This document shows, in pieces, positions 11,008 through 23,371 of a stretch of DNA of 64,000 nt. Each line of letters begins with the position of its first letter. Position 1 is the stretch's first letter. Source of the stretch: Streptococcus sp. A12 (lineage in GTDB: Bacteria > Bacillota > Bacilli > Lactobacillales > Streptococcaceae); the NCBI RefSeq assembly GCF_905372335.1, contig NZ_CAJPOU010000001.1, forward strand, positions 1,665-65,664, in the 5' to 3' direction. The notes below the pieces were generated by a model. That model did not search any database. It saw nothing but the letters and a program-made list of their open reading frames with translations, and was not told the DNA's origin. The position numbers and the translations under genes are program-made.

Positions 11008-12342
11008 ATGTCAAAAACATTTCATTTTATCGGAATAAAAGGAGCTGGTATGAGTGCCTTGGCTCTCATGCTCCATCAGATGGGACACACTGTACAAGGA
11101 TCTGATGTAGAGAAATATTACTTTACTCAAAGAGGTCTAGAACAAGCAGGGATTACCATCCTACCATTCAGCGAAGAAAATCTTACTGGAGATCAAATCT
11201 TGATCGCTGGAAATGCCTTTAAACCTGAGAACAACGTAGAGATTGCTTATGCAGATGCTCAAGGCTATACCTATCAACGCTACCATGAATTCTTGGGTGA
11301 ATTTATGCGTGATTTTGTCAGCATGGGAGTAGCAGGAGCTCACGGGAAAACCTCTACTACAGGGATTTTGTCTCACGTTCTGTCTAATATCACAGATACT
11401 AGCTATTTGATTGGGGATGGAACTGGTCGTGGTTCGAAAGGTGCTAAGTACTTTGTCTTTGAATCAGACGAGTACGAACGTCACTTCATGCCTTACCACC
11501 CAGAGTATTCAATCATCACCAATATTGACTTTGACCATCCTGATTACTTTACTGGCTTAGAAGATGTCTTTAATGCCTTCAATGATTATGCCAAACAAAT
11601 TTCCAAAGCCTTGTTCATCTATGGTGAAGATCCTGAACTTCGTCGGATCACAGCCAAGGCTCCGATTTACTACTATGGATTTGAAAAAGAAGGCAATGAT
11701 TTTGTAGCCAGTGATCTCTTGCGTTCTACTACGGGATCAATCTTTAGTGTTCACTTCCGTGGAGAAGATTTGGGACAATTCCAAATCCCATCCTTTGGAC
11801 GTCACAATATCATGAATGCAACAGCAGTCGTTGGTTTGCTTTATATAGCTGGATTCGATCTTGATTTGGTTCGGGAACACTTAAAAACATTTGGTGGGGT
11901 CAAACGTCGCTTTACAGAAAAGATTGTCAACGATACCGTCATCATTGATGACTTTGCCCACCATCCAACTGAGATTATTGCCACTTTGGATGCGGCCCGT
12001 CAAAAATACCCAAGTAAGGAAATCGTAGCGGTCTTCCAACCTCATACCTTTACTCGGACGATTGCCCTCTTGGATGAGTTTGCGGATGCCTTGAACCAGG
12101 CAGATGCGGTCTACTTGGCACAGATTTATGGATCAGCTCGCGAAGTGGATCATGGGGATGTCAAAGTCGAAGATCTAGAAGAAAAAATTATCAAGAAATC
12201 CGGTGTGATTACAGCTGAAAATGTTTCTCCACTCTTGGATTATGACAATGCTGTTTATGTCTTCATGGGAGCAGGAGATATCCAGACCTATGAATATTCA
12301 TTTGAACGTTTGCTTGGGAACTTGACCAATAACGTTCAATAA
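11008..12342 (+). CDS. murC: UDP-N-acetylmuramate--L-alanine ligase
   Basis: [32 protein letters not shown]. Confidence 0.98.
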   Translation: MSKTFHFIGIKGAGMSALALMLHQMGHTVQGSDVEKYYFTQRGLEQAGITILPFSEENLTGDQILIAGNAFKPENNVEIAYADAQGYTYQRYHEFLGEFMRDFVSMGVAGAHGKTSTTGILSHVLSNITDTSYLIGDGTGRGSKGAKYFVFESDEYERHFMPYHPEYSIITNIDFDHPDYFTGLEDVFNAFNDYAKQISKALFIYGEDPELRRITAKAPIYYYGFEKEGNDFVASDLLRSTTGSIFSVHFRGEDLGQFQIPSFGRHNIMNATAVVGLLYIAGFDLDLVREHLKTFGGVKRRFTEKIVNDTVIIDDFAHHPTEIIATLDAARQKYPSKEIVAVFQPHTFTRTIALLDEFADALNQADAVYLAQIYGSAREVDHGDVKVEDLEEKIIKKSGVITAENVSPLLDYDNAVYVFMGAGDIQTYEYSFERLLGNLTNNVQ

Positions 12343-12351
12343 GGAGATACC

Positions 12352-12780
12352 ATGCAACCAAGCGTTAGGATTCGGTTTGCTAAAGAAAATGATTGGGATG
12401 AGATCGAACAGATCACGTCCCAAAATTTTTCTTTTCAAAGAGAGAAGCTACAAGAACTGAATGGGTTTAGGACCCTGGTCTTGGAATTTGAAGGGCGAGT
12501 GATTGGAACTTGCCTGATTCAGATGGATGAACAATTCGAGAATCCCTCTTTAAAATTATTGTGGTTGGAAATTCTTCCAGACTTTAGAAAACAAGGGTTT
12601 GGCACCTTGCTACTCGCCACACTCAAGTCTCTTGTAGCTCAAGAATCCTTGTTAGAGATCCATGTGACCTGCCAGGAGGAGTTGATTCCGTATTTTGAAA
12701 TGAATGATTTCCAACTAGAGATAGGGGATAAGGAAGAAGGAGTTGAGGGGTATCAACTAATGTGGTACTTGCCCCTATAG
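12352..12780 (+). CDS. GNAT family N-acetyltransferase
   Basis: FRKQGFGTLLL acetyl-CoA binding motif. Confidence 0.8.
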   Translation: MQPSVRIRFAKENDWDEIEQITSQNFSFQREKLQELNGFRTLVLEFEGRVIGTCLIQMDEQFENPSLKLLWLEILPDFRKQGFGTLLLATLKSLVAQESLLEIHVTCQEELIPYFEMNDFQLEIGDKEEGVEGYQLMWYLPL

Positions 12781-12792
12781 AAAGGAAGAAAA

Positions 12793-13293
12793 ATGAACAT
12801 TCGTCGTGCAACTATTGATGATTTAAAAGCCATCGTTGCCATAGAACTAGAAAATTTTAGTCCAGAAGAAGCAATAGATAAGACAGTGCTTGCAAAACAT
12901 ATTGAAACGTTTAATAATAGCTTTATAGTCGCTGAAAAGGATGGCCAAATTCTTGGCTATCTAGAAGGCCCAGTGACACAAACTAGATATGTTGATGACC
13001 ATTCTTTTACGGCAGACGTAAAGGACGAGTCCCATCTACCAGGAGGTTATATTACCCTTACGAGTCTTTCGATTTCTCAGTCTGCCCAAGGTTTAGGAGT
13101 TGGGAAAGCACTACTTGAAGCCATGAAGAATCTTGCCTTAGAAGAAGGACGGGAAGGGGTTAGTTTGACCTGTCATGATTACTTGATTGAGTATTATGAA
13201 AGGAACGGCTTTGTAAACGAAGGACGCTCGGCCTCTAACTATGCTGGGGAAGTCTGGTACGATTTAGTATGGGAGGTCCCATCAAGTAACTGA
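12793..13293 (+). CDS. GNAT family N-acetyltransferase
   Basis: QGLGVGKALL, YYERNGF motifs. Confidence 0.88.
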   Translation: MNIRRATIDDLKAIVAIELENFSPEEAIDKTVLAKHIETFNNSFIVAEKDGQILGYLEGPVTQTRYVDDHSFTADVKDESHLPGGYITLTSLSISQSAQGLGVGKALLEAMKNLALEEGREGVSLTCHDYLIEYYERNGFVNEGRSASNYAGEVWYDLVWEVPSSN

Positions 13294-13388
13294 TCAATAG
13301 GATTTAAGGCCCTCAAGCCTCGTTCCTATTGCTTTTCTATCCCTTTTAAGATATAATATTAAGGATTATGACAAGGGGGGTCAAGTAT

Positions 13389-14966
13389 TTGACTGAAAAC
13401 CAACAAGAGAATGAGAAATTATTAAGCTTCAAAGAGCGGATTCTCCGTGATCTTGAAGAAGCCAATAAACAGATTGTACAGGTAAAAAAAGAAAATGACT
13501 TACCTGTTCAAGAAATCACTATTCCAGAAATCAAAGAAGACGAGACGGAAGGGGCACTTTCTGAGCTTGTGTCAGAAGAGTCCGAAGTTCAGGAAACCGT
13601 AGAGATTCCAGAGAAAGTAGAAAAAGTAGAAGTACCAGAGGTTACAGAGGTTCCTGCAATTCAGGAAGTAGCCGAAGAGAACCAAGAAGAAACACCTCTA
13701 CCAATCAAAGAGCCAACTCGAGAAGCAGAAAGCTCAAGTCAGCCTGTGGCTGTTTCGAGAAAAGAAAAACCTGTATCTAGTTTTTCGCGCAAGGATCGGG
13801 ATCAACGCGTTCAGAAAAAGAAAAAGCAGAACACCATTGCGAAACGAATCGTCTTGACGGTTCTAGGAATTCTTTTTGTCTTAATGGTTGCAACTGGAAT
13901 TTTTGCAGTGACCTATGTTCAATCTAACTTAAATGCTATGGATGCCAAGGCTACAGAGTTTGTAACCGTTGAAATTCCTGCTGGTTCTAGCAATCGTGAA
14001 ATTGGGACTATTTTGGAGAAAAAAGGCTTGATTAAGAATGGCCAGTTCTTCAACTATTACACCAAGTTCAAGAATTATGGGAACTTCCAATCCGGTTATT
14101 TCAATCTTCAAAAAAGTATGGATCTCGATACCATTATTCAAAAATTGCAAGAGCAAGGATCTAAAACTCCGGAACCACCAGTCTTAGGAAAAATTACAAT
14201 TCCTGAGGGCTACACGATTGATCAAATCGCGGAAGTGGTTTCTGTGGATGCGAGCTCCAAATCTGGTGCCAAGACTCCGTATACGCAAGAAAAATTCCTA
14301 AAAGTCATCCAAGATGATGCCTTTATTGAAAAGATGGTAGCCAAATATCCTAAGTTACTAGCAACCTTGCCGTCCAAAGAAAGTGGCGTACGCTACCGCT
14401 TGGAGGGATATCTCTTCCCAGCTACTTATGGCTATGGAAAAGATAGTAAAATGGAAGATCTTGTAGACCAGATGTTAGCTGCAATGGACCAAAATCTTTC
14501 AGCCTACTATGATACCATGGAAGCTAAAAATATTGATGTCAATGAGGCATTGACGCTGGCTTCTTTGATTGAAAAAGAAGGTGCTACCGATAAAGATCGC
14601 AAGGATATTGCAAGCGTCTTTTATAACCGTTTGAATCAAGACATGCCTCTTCAAAGTAATATTGCCATCTTGTACGCACAAGGTCAATTAGGCAAGAAGA
14701 CGACTCTAAAAGAAGACGCAACGATTGACACCAATATTGATTCACCTTATAATATCTACAAGAATACTGGTTTGATGCCTGGTCCAGTAGATAGTCCAGG
14801 GGTATCTGCAATTGAAGCAGCCGTTAACCCAAGCAAGACAGACTACCTCTACTTTGTAGCAAATGTAGAGACTGGGGAAGTCTATTTTGCAAAAACTTAT
14901 GAGGAACACACTAAAAACGTGGAAGAACACGTGAATAGCAAATTAACAGAAAGCAGCTCAAACTAA
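13389..14966 (+). CDS. mltG: Endolytic transglycosylase MltG
   Basis: Acidic cytoplasmic N-terminus, one TM, YceG motifs LEGYLFP, LASLIEKE, SPYN..GLMPGP; start (TTG) uncertain. Confidence 0.93.
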   Translation: MTENQQENEKLLSFKERILRDLEEANKQIVQVKKENDLPVQEITIPEIKEDETEGALSELVSEESEVQETVEIPEKVEKVEVPEVTEVPAIQEVAEENQEETPLPIKEPTREAESSSQPVAVSRKEKPVSSFSRKDRDQRVQKKKKQNTIAKRIVLTVLGILFVLMVATGIFAVTYVQSNLNAMDAKATEFVTVEIPAGSSNREIGTILEKKGLIKNGQFFNYYTKFKNYGNFQSGYFNLQKSMDLDTIIQKLQEQGSKTPEPPVLGKITIPEGYTIDQIAEVVSVDASSKSGAKTPYTQEKFLKVIQDDAFIEKMVAKYPKLLATLPSKESGVRYRLEGYLFPATYGYGKDSKMEDLVDQMLAAMDQNLSAYYDTMEAKNIDVNEALTLASLIEKEGATDKDRKDIASVFYNRLNQDMPLQSNIAILYAQGQLGKKTTLKEDATIDTNIDSPYNIYKNTGLMPGPVDSPGVSAIEAAVNPSKTDYLYFVANVETGEVYFAKTYEEHTKNVEEHVNSKLTESSSN

Positions 14967-15026
14967 GGAGGATGTGGCATGCCACACCTTTTTAGTTCGA
15001 AAAAATAATAGAAAAGAGAAAGAAAT

Positions 15027-15509
15027 ATGGCAGAAAAAACCTATCCAATGACCCTAGCTGAAAAGCAAAAGTTAGAACTAGAATTAGAAGAATTGAAATT
15101 AGTTCGTCGTCCAGAAGTTGTAGAGCGGATTAAAATTGCTCGTTCTTACGGAGACCTTTCAGAAAACAGTGAATACGAAGCAGCTAAAGACGAACAGGCT
15201 TTTGTTGAAGGGCAAATCTCCAGCCTCGAAACAAAGATACGTTATGCTGAAATTGTCGACAGCGATGCTGTCGCTGTTGATGAAGTAGCGATCGGAAAAA
15301 CAGTTACCGTGCAAGAAATTGGCGAAGACGAAGAAGATGTTTACATTATTGTTGGTTCAGCTGGAGCGGATGCTTTTGCTGGTAAGATCTCAAATGAAAG
15401 TCCAATCGGTCATGCCTTAATTGGTAACAAAACAGGGGACACTGTGACGATTGAAACTCCAGCAGGAAGCTACCAAGTGAAAATCTTAAACGTTGAAAAA
15501 ACAGAATAA
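15027..15509 (+). CDS. greA: Transcription elongation factor GreA
   Basis: [17 protein letters not shown]. Confidence 0.98.
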   Translation: MAEKTYPMTLAEKQKLELELEELKLVRRPEVVERIKIARSYGDLSENSEYEAAKDEQAFVEGQISSLETKIRYAEIVDSDAVAVDEVAIGKTVTVQEIGEDEEDVYIIVGSAGADAFAGKISNESPIGHALIGNKTGDTVTIETPAGSYQVKILNVEKTE

Positions 15510-15585
15510 AAAATGAGAGTGAGTCACTCTCATTTTTTTGTAGAAATGGAAAAGCCAAGATGATATCTCGGCCTTTTTGCTAGTG

Positions 15586-16524
15586 TTAGTTACGGTTGCG
15601 TTGTTTTCCAGCGTTTCGTTTTTTGTTTCCGTTAGTTGGAAGGGAACGTTTAGCGTTGGTTGGATTAGTAGGTGTGATATCTTTTTTTACACGACGTCCA
15701 TTGGATGCTGGAGCTTTTGGAGGGTTGTTTTTATATTCCTCAGCAACTTGTTTCCGTAATCTTGGACGGATGAGGTAGTTGATGACAAATTGTTGAATAA
15801 TCTGTACGAAACCACCGACTACCCAGTAGAGAGTGACACCAGCTGGCGCCATCAAAGAGAAGACGGCAATCATAATTGGGCTTACGAGAGCTGTTTTCTT
15901 CATAGTTTCTCTTTGGTTTTCATCTTCGATACCATGGAGAGAGAGCATACTTTGAATGTAGTAAAGAACAGCAACAACTAAGGTTAAAGCAAGACTTTTT
16001 GAACCGAGACCAATACCAAGAAAAGAGTCCTTGCTAATACCAGGAGTGTATTGAGCTGCAAAATAAAGGGCAGAGAAGAAAGGCATTTGAATCAACAAAG
16101 GCAAACAGCCAATGCCGCCGAATGGGCTGACACCATTTGCTTTTTGAGCATCCATCAATTCAGAGTTGGCCAATAATTTCTCTTCTTGAGTCTCCGCATT
16201 TTTGATGCGTTCTTGGATCGGCGCAAAGATTGGTTTGAGGTAGTTCATCTTCTCAGACTGGTAGGTTGCTTTCCAAGATTGATAAATACCTAGAGGGAAG
16301 ATGATGATTCGAACGATTACGGTTACTAAGATAATCCCCAGTCCAAAGCCAAGGCCAAGATCTGTCGCAAAGAAATTGATGGCTTCCCCCATCGGTTTTC
16401 CAATGAGGTTCCAGACGAAACCGGTTGGTTGTTTGGTTGTCTTGTCAATGCTGACACATCCTGTTAAGAGGAGGAGAGCAGACAAGCTGAGAGCAGCAAG
16501 TAGATAACGTTTATATTTTTTCAC
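15586..16524 (-). CDS. yidC: Membrane protein insertase YidC
   Basis: Lipobox LTGC, GCLPLLIQMP, LYW motifs, basic tail. Confidence 0.95.
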   Translation of the reverse strand: MKKYKRYLLAALSLSALLLLTGCVSIDKTTKQPTGFVWNLIGKPMGEAINFFATDLGLGFGLGIILVTVIVRIIIFPLGIYQSWKATYQSEKMNYLKPIFAPIQERIKNAETQEEKLLANSELMDAQKANGVSPFGGIGCLPLLIQMPFFSALYFAAQYTPGISKDSFLGIGLGSKSLALTLVVAVLYYIQSMLSLHGIEDENQRETMKKTALVSPIMIAVFSLMAPAGVTLYWVVGGFVQIIQQFVINYLIRPRLRKQVAEEYKNNPPKAPASNGRRVKKDITPTNPTNAKRSLPTNGNKKRNAGKQRNRN

Positions 16525-16602
16525 GAGTTATAATCCTTTAATTTTAAATAATACCTTTCTATTCTACTGTTTTTTTATCAAATTAACAATAGTTCTCTGG
16601 AC

Positions 16603-16881
16603 TTAATTTGAAATTTTAAAATCTTTGTAGGGTTCGAAGTTTGCCAGATGGACGTCCAGATAAGCAACCTTTGAAAAAGGAGTAGGACCTTTTCGTATTT
16701 CTTGGATAAATTTGGCCATGCGGGCATTGTCTTCACAGGCCGCAAGGATAGTGACTGTGCCGTCATCATTGTTCCAGACCCGGCCTGTAATACCTCCAAT
16801 ATCTAATGCTAAGCTATAAACTCCCCAACGGAAGCCAACACCTTGAACCCGACCTTGGGCCGTCATTTCAACTTTTTGCAT
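16603..16881 (-). CDS. acyP: Acylphosphatase
   Basis: GRVQGVGFR and GRVWNNDDG; SD aaggagg before MQKV. Confidence 0.95.
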   Translation of the reverse strand: MQKVEMTAQGRVQGVGFRWGVYSLALDIGGITGRVWNNDDGTVTILAACEDNARMAKFIQEIRKGPTPFSKVAYLDVHLANFEPYKDFKISN

Positions 16882-16954
16882 GCTTGTCCTCCTTGTGATG
16901 GAATTCCTACTCAGGACGGAGAAGCTCCTCCTGTGAATGTGGTATAATAGTCTT

Positions 16955-17701
16955 ATGAATATTATAACCTCTAAGTCCAATAATGGAATCAAAAAAGTTA
17001 AAAAACTTCATCAAAAAAAATACCGAATCGACTCCTACCTGATCGAAGGCTGGCATCTTTATGAAGAAGCTATCAATCATCAGGCTCCGATTGAACAAGT
17101 ATTTGTTCTGGAAGAGTTTGTAGATAAGATCAAGAAAGATACGAAGGTGACCATCGTAACTCCTGAAGTTTTAGCAGAAATTGCTGATTCCAAAAGCCCT
17201 CAAGGAATCGTGGCAGAAATTAAGATACAGCCAATCCAGCATCTTCAGCTGGCTCAAGGACGGTATTTATTGTTAGAGGATGTTCAAGATCCAGGAAATG
17301 TCGGAACCATGATTCGGACTGCTGACGCAGCAGGCTTTGACGGGGTGCTTCTAACCGATCAATCAGCAGATTTGTATAATATGAAAACCTTGCGCTCTAT
17401 GCAGGGGAGTCATTTTCATCTTCCTGTTATCCGTCTGCCTAAAGAGCAACTCTTAACAGCCATTGAAGAAAGTCAGCTACCCATCTATGCGACCACCTTG
17501 TCTCAGGATTCTATTGACTATAAGCAAGTGGAGAAAGTCCCTGCTTTTGTGCTGGTCATGGGGAATGAAGGACAAGGTATTAGTGATCAGATGGCTGAGA
17601 AGGCAGATCAGCTCGTTCATATCACTATGCCAGGTCAGGCAGAGAGTCTGAATGTCGCTGTTGCTGCAGGGATTTTGATCTTTTCTATGATTGAAGAATA
17701 G
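16955..17701 (+). CDS. TrmH/SpoU family RNA methyltransferase
   Basis: QDPGNVGTMIRTA, GNEGQG, ESLNVAVA. Confidence 0.93.
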   Translation: MNIITSKSNNGIKKVKKLHQKKYRIDSYLIEGWHLYEEAINHQAPIEQVFVLEEFVDKIKKDTKVTIVTPEVLAEIADSKSPQGIVAEIKIQPIQHLQLAQGRYLLLEDVQDPGNVGTMIRTADAAGFDGVLLTDQSADLYNMKTLRSMQGSHFHLPVIRLPKEQLLTAIEESQLPIYATTLSQDSIDYKQVEKVPAFVLVMGNEGQGISDQMAEKADQLVHITMPGQAESLNVAVAAGILIFSMIEE

Positions 17702-17731
17702 TGCGTTAGTCAGATAGAGGAGGTGAGACGC

Positions 17732-18220
17732 ATGTATCGACAAGATAAAGAATATATGGCTGAAGTCGGACATTTGATCCAGCATCCCAAGCTTCAAAAA
17801 TTAAAGGAAATTCCCCACCATATTCATTCCAACCGTTTGGAGCATTCCATTCACGTTAGCTACACTAGCTACCGCATTTCTAAGAAGATGGGCTGGGACA
17901 CTAGAAGTACGGCAAGGGGAGCTCTCTTACACGATCTTTTTTACTACGATTGGCGGCAGGTCAAATTCAATAAGAGCCATGCCTGGGTATATCCTCGGAT
18001 AGCTGTCCGAAATGCAAAAAAGATAACAAGCCTCAATAAAAAAGAAGAGGACATCATCCTCAAACATATGTGGGGCTTGACGCTTGCTCCACCTCGCTAC
18101 AAGGAATCTTTTCTCGTGACCATGGTCGATAAATACTGGGCGATTAAAGAAGCCTCAGAACCAATGAGAAAAAAGTGGTCAAAGAGGAGACTTTTCCATC
18201 GAAAAATGTTAAAATCATAA
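17732..18220 (+). CDS. HD-domain metal-dependent phosphohydrolase
   Basis: RLEHS..LLHD..KHMW..DK. Confidence 0.88.
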   Translation: MYRQDKEYMAEVGHLIQHPKLQKLKEIPHHIHSNRLEHSIHVSYTSYRISKKMGWDTRSTARGALLHDLFYYDWRQVKFNKSHAWVYPRIAVRNAKKITSLNKKEEDIILKHMWGLTLAPPRYKESFLVTMVDKYWAIKEASEPMRKKWSKRRLFHRKMLKS

Positions 18221-18246
18221 TAATTTAAGTTTGAAAGGAATGATTG

Positions 18247-18936
18247 ATGATGAATCAACAAACCGTTATCCACGAACAAAGTGGTCTTAATAGCTTTTAT
18301 AGCAAAATTTATTCTCTAGTTGGAGTTGGAGTTGGAATCTCAGCTGTTGTATCAGCTTTGATGATGACCCTTTTCCAAGAAACCTTCATATATATTCTAA
18401 CTCAGGCTCCATGGGTCTACTATATTGCTATTGCCGTTGAATTGATTTTGGTCCTGGTCGCTTCGAGACAATCTGTGAAAAACAATCCCATGGCCTTGCC
18501 TCTCTTTTTAACTTATTCAGCTCTGAATGGCTTTACCTTGAGTTTTATCATTGCACGCTATGCTCAAGCGACAGTTTATAAAGCCTTCGTCGTTAGTGCC
18601 TTGATGTTCTTCATCATGTCAGCTATTGGTCGTGTGACCAAAAAAGACTTGTCTGGAATGGGACGAGCATTTATGGGAGCCTTGATTGGTATAATCATTG
18701 CTTCGATTGCGAACATCTTCTTACAAAGCTCTGGTATGGATTATGTCCTTAGCATTCTTTGTGTTATCATCTTTGCAGGTTTGACTGCTTGGGATAACCA
18801 AAAGATTCGTTATGTCTATGAACAATCCAATGGTCAGCCAACCAATGGATGGGTTGTTGCTTTGGCTTTGGAACTCTATCTTGATTTCATCAACTTGTTC
18901 ATCAATATCTTACGTATTTTTGGACGCAACGATTAA
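18247..18936 (+). CDS. Bax inhibitor-1/YccA family membrane protein
   Basis: Multiple TM segments, AWDNQKI and LYLDFINLF. Confidence 0.93.
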   Translation: MMNQQTVIHEQSGLNSFYSKIYSLVGVGVGISAVVSALMMTLFQETFIYILTQAPWVYYIAIAVELILVLVASRQSVKNNPMALPLFLTYSALNGFTLSFIIARYAQATVYKAFVVSALMFFIMSAIGRVTKKDLSGMGRAFMGALIGIIIASIANIFLQSSGMDYVLSILCVIIFAGLTAWDNQKIRYVYEQSNGQPTNGWVVALALELYLDFINLFINILRIFGRND

Positions 18937-19018
18937 TAGAAAGAGCCGGGGAACCGGCTTTTTTTGTTGGAAAACTTGTGATATACTAAATAAAATTGAT
19001 AGAAAAGAGAATCTTCAC

Positions 19019-20269
19019 ATGAAACGTCCATTTATTAGTAGAGAAAATTTAAAACAAATTACGGAAACCTATCCAACTCCCTTTCACCTATATGATGAAG
19101 CTGGGATCCGGCAGACAGCTCGTGCCCTCCATCAAGCCTTTTCTTGGAATCCAGGCTTTAAGGAGTATTTCGCTATCAAAGCGACCCCTAATCCAGCCAT
19201 CCTAAAAATCCTCAAAGAAGAAGGCTGTGGCGTGGACTGTGCTAGCTATGTGGAGCTGCTGATGGCACAAAAATTAGGGTTTACAGGCCAAGAAATCATG
19301 TTTTCTTCCAACAATACACCGGCTGAAGAGATGGTCTTTGCCCGTCAGCTAGGAGCGACTATCAACTTGGATGCCTACGAAGATGTAGCCTTTCTACAAT
19401 CTGTTGCGACACTACCGGAGATCATCTCTTGCCGCTATAATCCAGGAGGGGTGTTTGAACTGGGAACGGATATCATGGACCATCCTGAAGAGGCTAAGTT
19501 CGGCATGACCAAGGAGCAATTGATCCAAGCATTTACGGAGTTGAAAGATTTAGGAGTCAAACGATTTGGGATCCATGCCCTCTTAGCTTCGAATACCGTC
19601 TCCAATGATTACTATCCAGAATTGGCTAAGCAATTATTCCAGTTGGCAGTAGAAGTGGTTGAAAAGACAGGGGTTACCTTGGACTTTGTCAACCTCTCTG
19701 GTGGGGTTGGAGTGAACTACAAACCAGAAGACCAACCAAATGATATTGCTGTGATTGGGGAAGGTGTTCGTCAGGCTTACGAGGACATTTTAGTTCCAGC
19801 AGGCTTGGATCAAGTGAAAATCTATACAGAATTAGGCCGCTTTATGCTAGCACCACATGGCCTATTGGTCACCCATGTCACCCATAAGAAACAGACTTAT
19901 CGGACCTATCTAGGAGTAGATGCTTCGGCTGTCAACCTCCTCCGTCCCGCTATGTACGGGGCCTACCACCATATTACCAATCTCGATCGTCCAGATGGAG
20001 AGACAGAAGTAGTAGATATTGTTGGTAGTTTGTGTGAAAATAATGACAAGTTTGCCAAAAATCGGGAATTTCCTGTTTCTGAGATTGGGGATCTTTTGGT
20101 CATCCATGATACAGGAGCGCATGGTTATTCCATGGGCTATCAATACAATGCCAAGCTCCGCTCTGCCGAGATTTTATTAGAAGAATCGGGCCAAACTCGT
20201 CTTATCCGACGGGCCGAAAAACCTGAGGATTACTTTGCAACATTGTATGGCTTTGACTTTGAAAAATAG
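19019..20269 (+). CDS. lysA: Diaminopimelate decarboxylase
   Basis: [13 protein letters not shown] (PLP lysine), KFG, ELGRF, GSLCE. Confidence 0.92.
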   Translation: MKRPFISRENLKQITETYPTPFHLYDEAGIRQTARALHQAFSWNPGFKEYFAIKATPNPAILKILKEEGCGVDCASYVELLMAQKLGFTGQEIMFSSNNTPAEEMVFARQLGATINLDAYEDVAFLQSVATLPEIISCRYNPGGVFELGTDIMDHPEEAKFGMTKEQLIQAFTELKDLGVKRFGIHALLASNTVSNDYYPELAKQLFQLAVEVVEKTGVTLDFVNLSGGVGVNYKPEDQPNDIAVIGEGVRQAYEDILVPAGLDQVKIYTELGRFMLAPHGLLVTHVTHKKQTYRTYLGVDASAVNLLRPAMYGAYHHITNLDRPDGETEVVDIVGSLCENNDKFAKNREFPVSEIGDLLVIHDTGAHGYSMGYQYNAKLRSAEILLEESGQTRLIRRAEKPEDYFATLYGFDFEK

Positions 20270-20325
20270 GGCCTTTTTGGTATAATAGAAAATGTGTAAA
20301 TATTGAATTTAGGAGAAAAACACTT

Positions 20326-20568
20326 ATGTCTACACTTTTGACAATTTTATTGATTATCCTTGCCTTCTTTGGTGGAATGTTGGCAGGTATGTACCTACTT
20401 CGCAAGCAGTTTGAAAAAGAATTTGCATCAAACCCACGTTTGAATGTTGAAGCAGTCCGTACATTGTTGGGAGCTAGTGGTCAACGTCCAAGTGAAGCGA
20501 AGGTGCAACAAGTTTATCGTCAAATTCTGAACCAACAAAAAGCATCTTTGAATACGAAGAAGAAATAA
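20326..20568 (+). CDS. YneF/UPF0154 family small membrane protein
   Basis: N-terminal TM; NPRLN and GQRPSEAKV. Confidence 0.88.
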   Translation: MSTLLTILLIILAFFGGMLAGMYLLRKQFEKEFASNPRLNVEAVRTLLGASGQRPSEAKVQQVYRQILNQQKASLNTKKK

Positions 20569-20647
20569 AAGCAAAACAGATGATACAATAAAATAAGTAG
20601 GGGGACTTTAAGATTTTTCTTGGTCCCTTGTTTTGAAAGGAAGGCAG

Positions 20648-21442
20648 ATGGACAATCGACCAATTGGTTTTTTGGATTCGGGTGTCGGAGGGTTAACCGT
20701 TGTTCGCGAATTGATGCGGCAACTTCCCCATGAAGAGGTGGTCTATATTGGTGATTCCGCTAGAGCACCTTATGGCCCGAGACCAGCAGATCAAATTCGT
20801 GACTATACTTGGGAGATGGTTCGTTTTCTCCTAACGAAAAATGTGAAGATGATTGTTTTGGCCTGTAATACGGCGACAGCTGTTGTATGGGAAGAGGTGA
20901 AAGAAGCCTTGGACATCCCAGTTCTAGGAGTGATTTTGCCAGGAGCTTCCGCAGCAATCAAGGCGACAAAAAGCAAACGAATTGGAGTCATTGGGACCCC
21001 GATGACGGTTGCTTCAGATATTTATCGGAAAAAAATTCAAAGCCTGTCACCAGAAATGGCAGTAGAGAGTTTAGCTTGTCCGAAATTTGTCCCTCTGGTT
21101 GAATCCAATGAGTTGCAGTCCAGTGTTACAAAAAAAGTTGTCTATGAAACCTTGAAACCTTTGGCTGGGAAAGTGGATACACTGGTTTTGGGATGCACCC
21201 ATTATCCGCTCCTTCGCCCTATTATTCAAAATGTCATGGGGCCAGAGGTTCAGTTAATTGATAGCGGTGCTGAGTGTGTCCGCGACATCTCAGTCTTGCT
21301 CAACTATTTTGAGATTAATCGCAGTCGCCAACTGGAGGATTGCCACCATCAGTTTTATACAACGGCCAATGCAGCCAGTTTTGCAGCGATTGCTAAGACT
21401 TGGTTGCATCAAGTCGTTCATGTGGAGCATGTAGAATTATGA
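20648..21442 (+). CDS. murI: Glutamate racemase
   Basis: [21 protein letters not shown]. Confidence 0.97.
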   Translation: MDNRPIGFLDSGVGGLTVVRELMRQLPHEEVVYIGDSARAPYGPRPADQIRDYTWEMVRFLLTKNVKMIVLACNTATAVVWEEVKEALDIPVLGVILPGASAAIKATKSKRIGVIGTPMTVASDIYRKKIQSLSPEMAVESLACPKFVPLVESNELQSSVTKKVVYETLKPLAGKVDTLVLGCTHYPLLRPIIQNVMGPEVQLIDSGAECVRDISVLLNYFEINRSRQLEDCHHQFYTTANAASFAAIAKTWLHQVVHVEHVEL

Positions 21443-22407
21443 ACCAAAAGATATATGAATACAAAGACGCCTTAAATTGGTTTCTAGCTGAATGGGGAGA
21501 TCGGAGTGACTATAACGAATATAGCGAAGTCTCTTCAGAAGCTTCTGAGCTTGTTGACCTAGTAGAATCACTAGTTGGAGACACAGACTTGGGCTTTCCC
21601 CTAAATGTAACGGTTGTTCGTTACGCCTCTAGTTTGCAGTTTTTGACCTTCCTCTTTCAAATCGTTGAGGAAACACTAGGTCGCAAAATTGAAATCGTGC
21701 AACGTCAAGGAGCTCTTCTCATTGTAGAAGGAGAGCAGTTGCTCTCAGTCTATCTGCCAAAGAATGGTCTTCCACTTGCAGATTTTTTGGGCCAGGAAGG
21801 TCTTAAGGATCGCTTGCTAATTGCTACTCGGAATGAAGGAAAAACCAAAGAGTTTCGTCAGATCTTTGGGCAAATGGGCTTTGAAGTTGAGAATCTCAAT
21901 GACTATCCAGATCTTCCAGAAGTCGCTGAAACAGGAATGACATTTGAAGAAAATGCTCGCCTAAAAGCTGAGACAATTTCACAGCTAACAGGGAAAATGG
22001 TGTTGGCGGATGATTCAGGACTCATGGTCGATATCCTTGGGGGCTTACCAGGTGTCTGGTCTGCTCGCTTTGCAGGTGTGGGAGCGACCGACTTAGAGAA
22101 CAATGCCAAGCTCTTACACGAGTTGGCGATGGTCTTTGAATTGAAGGATCGGTCAGCAAAATTTCATACAACCTTAGTAGTTGCCAGTCCTGGTAAGGAG
22201 AGCCTTGTTGTGGAGGCGGATTGGCCAGGATATATCAATTTTGAACCAAAAGGTGAGAACGGGTTTGGCTATGATCCCCTCTTTCTAGTAGGAGAAACAG
22301 GTAAGACATCTGCTCAACTAACTCTAGAGGAGAAAAATCAACAATCGCATCGTGCTTTAGCCGTGAAGAAATTAGTAGAGGTATTCCCAGCATGGCAGAA
22401 CAAGTAA
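21439..22407 (+). CDS. rdgB: dITP/XTP pyrophosphatase (Ham1 family) with N-terminal extra domain
   Basis: ATRNEGK, ADDSGL, GFGYDP, SHR. Confidence 0.9.
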   Translation: MNQKIYEYKDALNWFLAEWGDRSDYNEYSEVSSEASELVDLVESLVGDTDLGFPLNVTVVRYASSLQFLTFLFQIVEETLGRKIEIVQRQGALLIVEGEQLLSVYLPKNGLPLADFLGQEGLKDRLLIATRNEGKTKEFRQIFGQMGFEVENLNDYPDLPEVAETGMTFEENARLKAETISQLTGKMVLADDSGLMVDILGGLPGVWSARFAGVGATDLENNAKLLHELAMVFELKDRSAKFHTTLVVASPGKESLVVEADWPGYINFEPKGENGFGYDPLFLVGETGKTSAQLTLEEKNQQSHRALAVKKLVEVFPAWQNK

Positions 22408-22913
22408 TCATCGTCATGAGCGATTCTCATGGAGATCGTCAGATCGTAGAAGAGATCAAAGACCACTATAAAGGAAAGGTCGATGCCATTTTTCACAACG
22501 GGGATTCTGAGTTAGAAAGTACCGACCCTGTATGGGAAGGCATTCATGTTGTCAAAGGGAACATGGACTTTTATGGGGAGTACCCTGAACGTCTGGTGAC
22601 GCAATTGGGTCCTACTCGGATTATTCAAACCCATGGTCATCTTTTCCAAATTAATTTTAGTTTTCAAAAGTTAGATTTGTGGGCCCAGGAAGAAGATGCA
22701 GATATCTGCCTCTATGGCCATCTGCATATTCCGGATGCTTGGAAGGAAGGGCGTACCCTTTTTCTGAACCCTGGGTCAGTCAGTTTACCGCGGGGGCCCA
22801 TTCAAGAGTGCCTCTATGCTAAAGTGGAAATTGATGCAGATTCCTATCGAGTTGAATTTTTAAATCGGAAGCATGAGGTCTATGAACCTCTTACAAAGGA
22901 GTTTGATAGATGA
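22392..22913 (+). CDS. YfcE/YsnB family metallophosphoesterase
   Basis: SDSHG, HNGD, GNMD, GHLH, NPGS. Confidence 0.92.
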   Translation: MAEQVIIVMSDSHGDRQIVEEIKDHYKGKVDAIFHNGDSELESTDPVWEGIHVVKGNMDFYGEYPERLVTQLGPTRIIQTHGHLFQINFSFQKLDLWAQEEDADICLYGHLHIPDAWKEGRTLFLNPGSVSLPRGPIQECLYAKVEIDADSYRVEFLNRKHEVYEPLTKEFDR

Positions 22914-23371
22914 TCGCCAAGGAATTTGAGGAGTTTATTCTCCGAGAAGAAAAGACTTTTTTGACTCCAGCTCGCAATTTGGCTGTCTTGATTGATACGC
23001 ATAATGTGGATCATGCCATCTTGGTGCTGAGTCAAATTAGCTACACTCGTGTTCCTGTTGTGACCGATCAAATGATATACGTAGGGACGATTTCTTTAAC
23101 AGATATTCTTTCTTACCAAATGAAACATGATTATTCTGATGAAATCTTTTCATCCATGGACATCGTTCATATGACAAAAACGGATGGGGAGCGCCTTGGA
23201 AAAGAGTATACTGTGACGGAAGTCTTGCATAAGTTGGTAGAGGAATCCTTTCTACCGGTTGTTTCAGAGGATGGAGTCTTTGAAGGAATCATCACTCGAA
23301 AATCCATTTTAAAAGCCATCAATTCCCTCATGCACAATTTCTCAAATGAATATGAGATGAGGAAAAAATGA
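22910..23371 (+). CDS. cbpB: CBS-domain protein (CbpB/DarB-like, probable c-di-AMP binder)
   Basis: Tandem CBS domains (YTRVPV, GIITRKSILK); conserved synteny. Confidence 0.75.
   Translation: MIAKEFEEFILREEKTFLTPARNLAVLIDTHNVDHAILVLSQISYTRVPVVTDQMIYVGTISLTDILSYQMKHDYSDEIFSSMDIVHMTKTDGERLGKEYTVTEVLHKLVEESFLPVVSEDGVFEGIITRKSILKAINSLMHNFSNEYEMRKK

Noticed and set aside
18812..19018. N-terminal extension of LysA in the ORF track
   Set aside because: Overlaps yccA and crosses its terminator-like hairpin and a promoter-like region; the likely start is ATG 19019.
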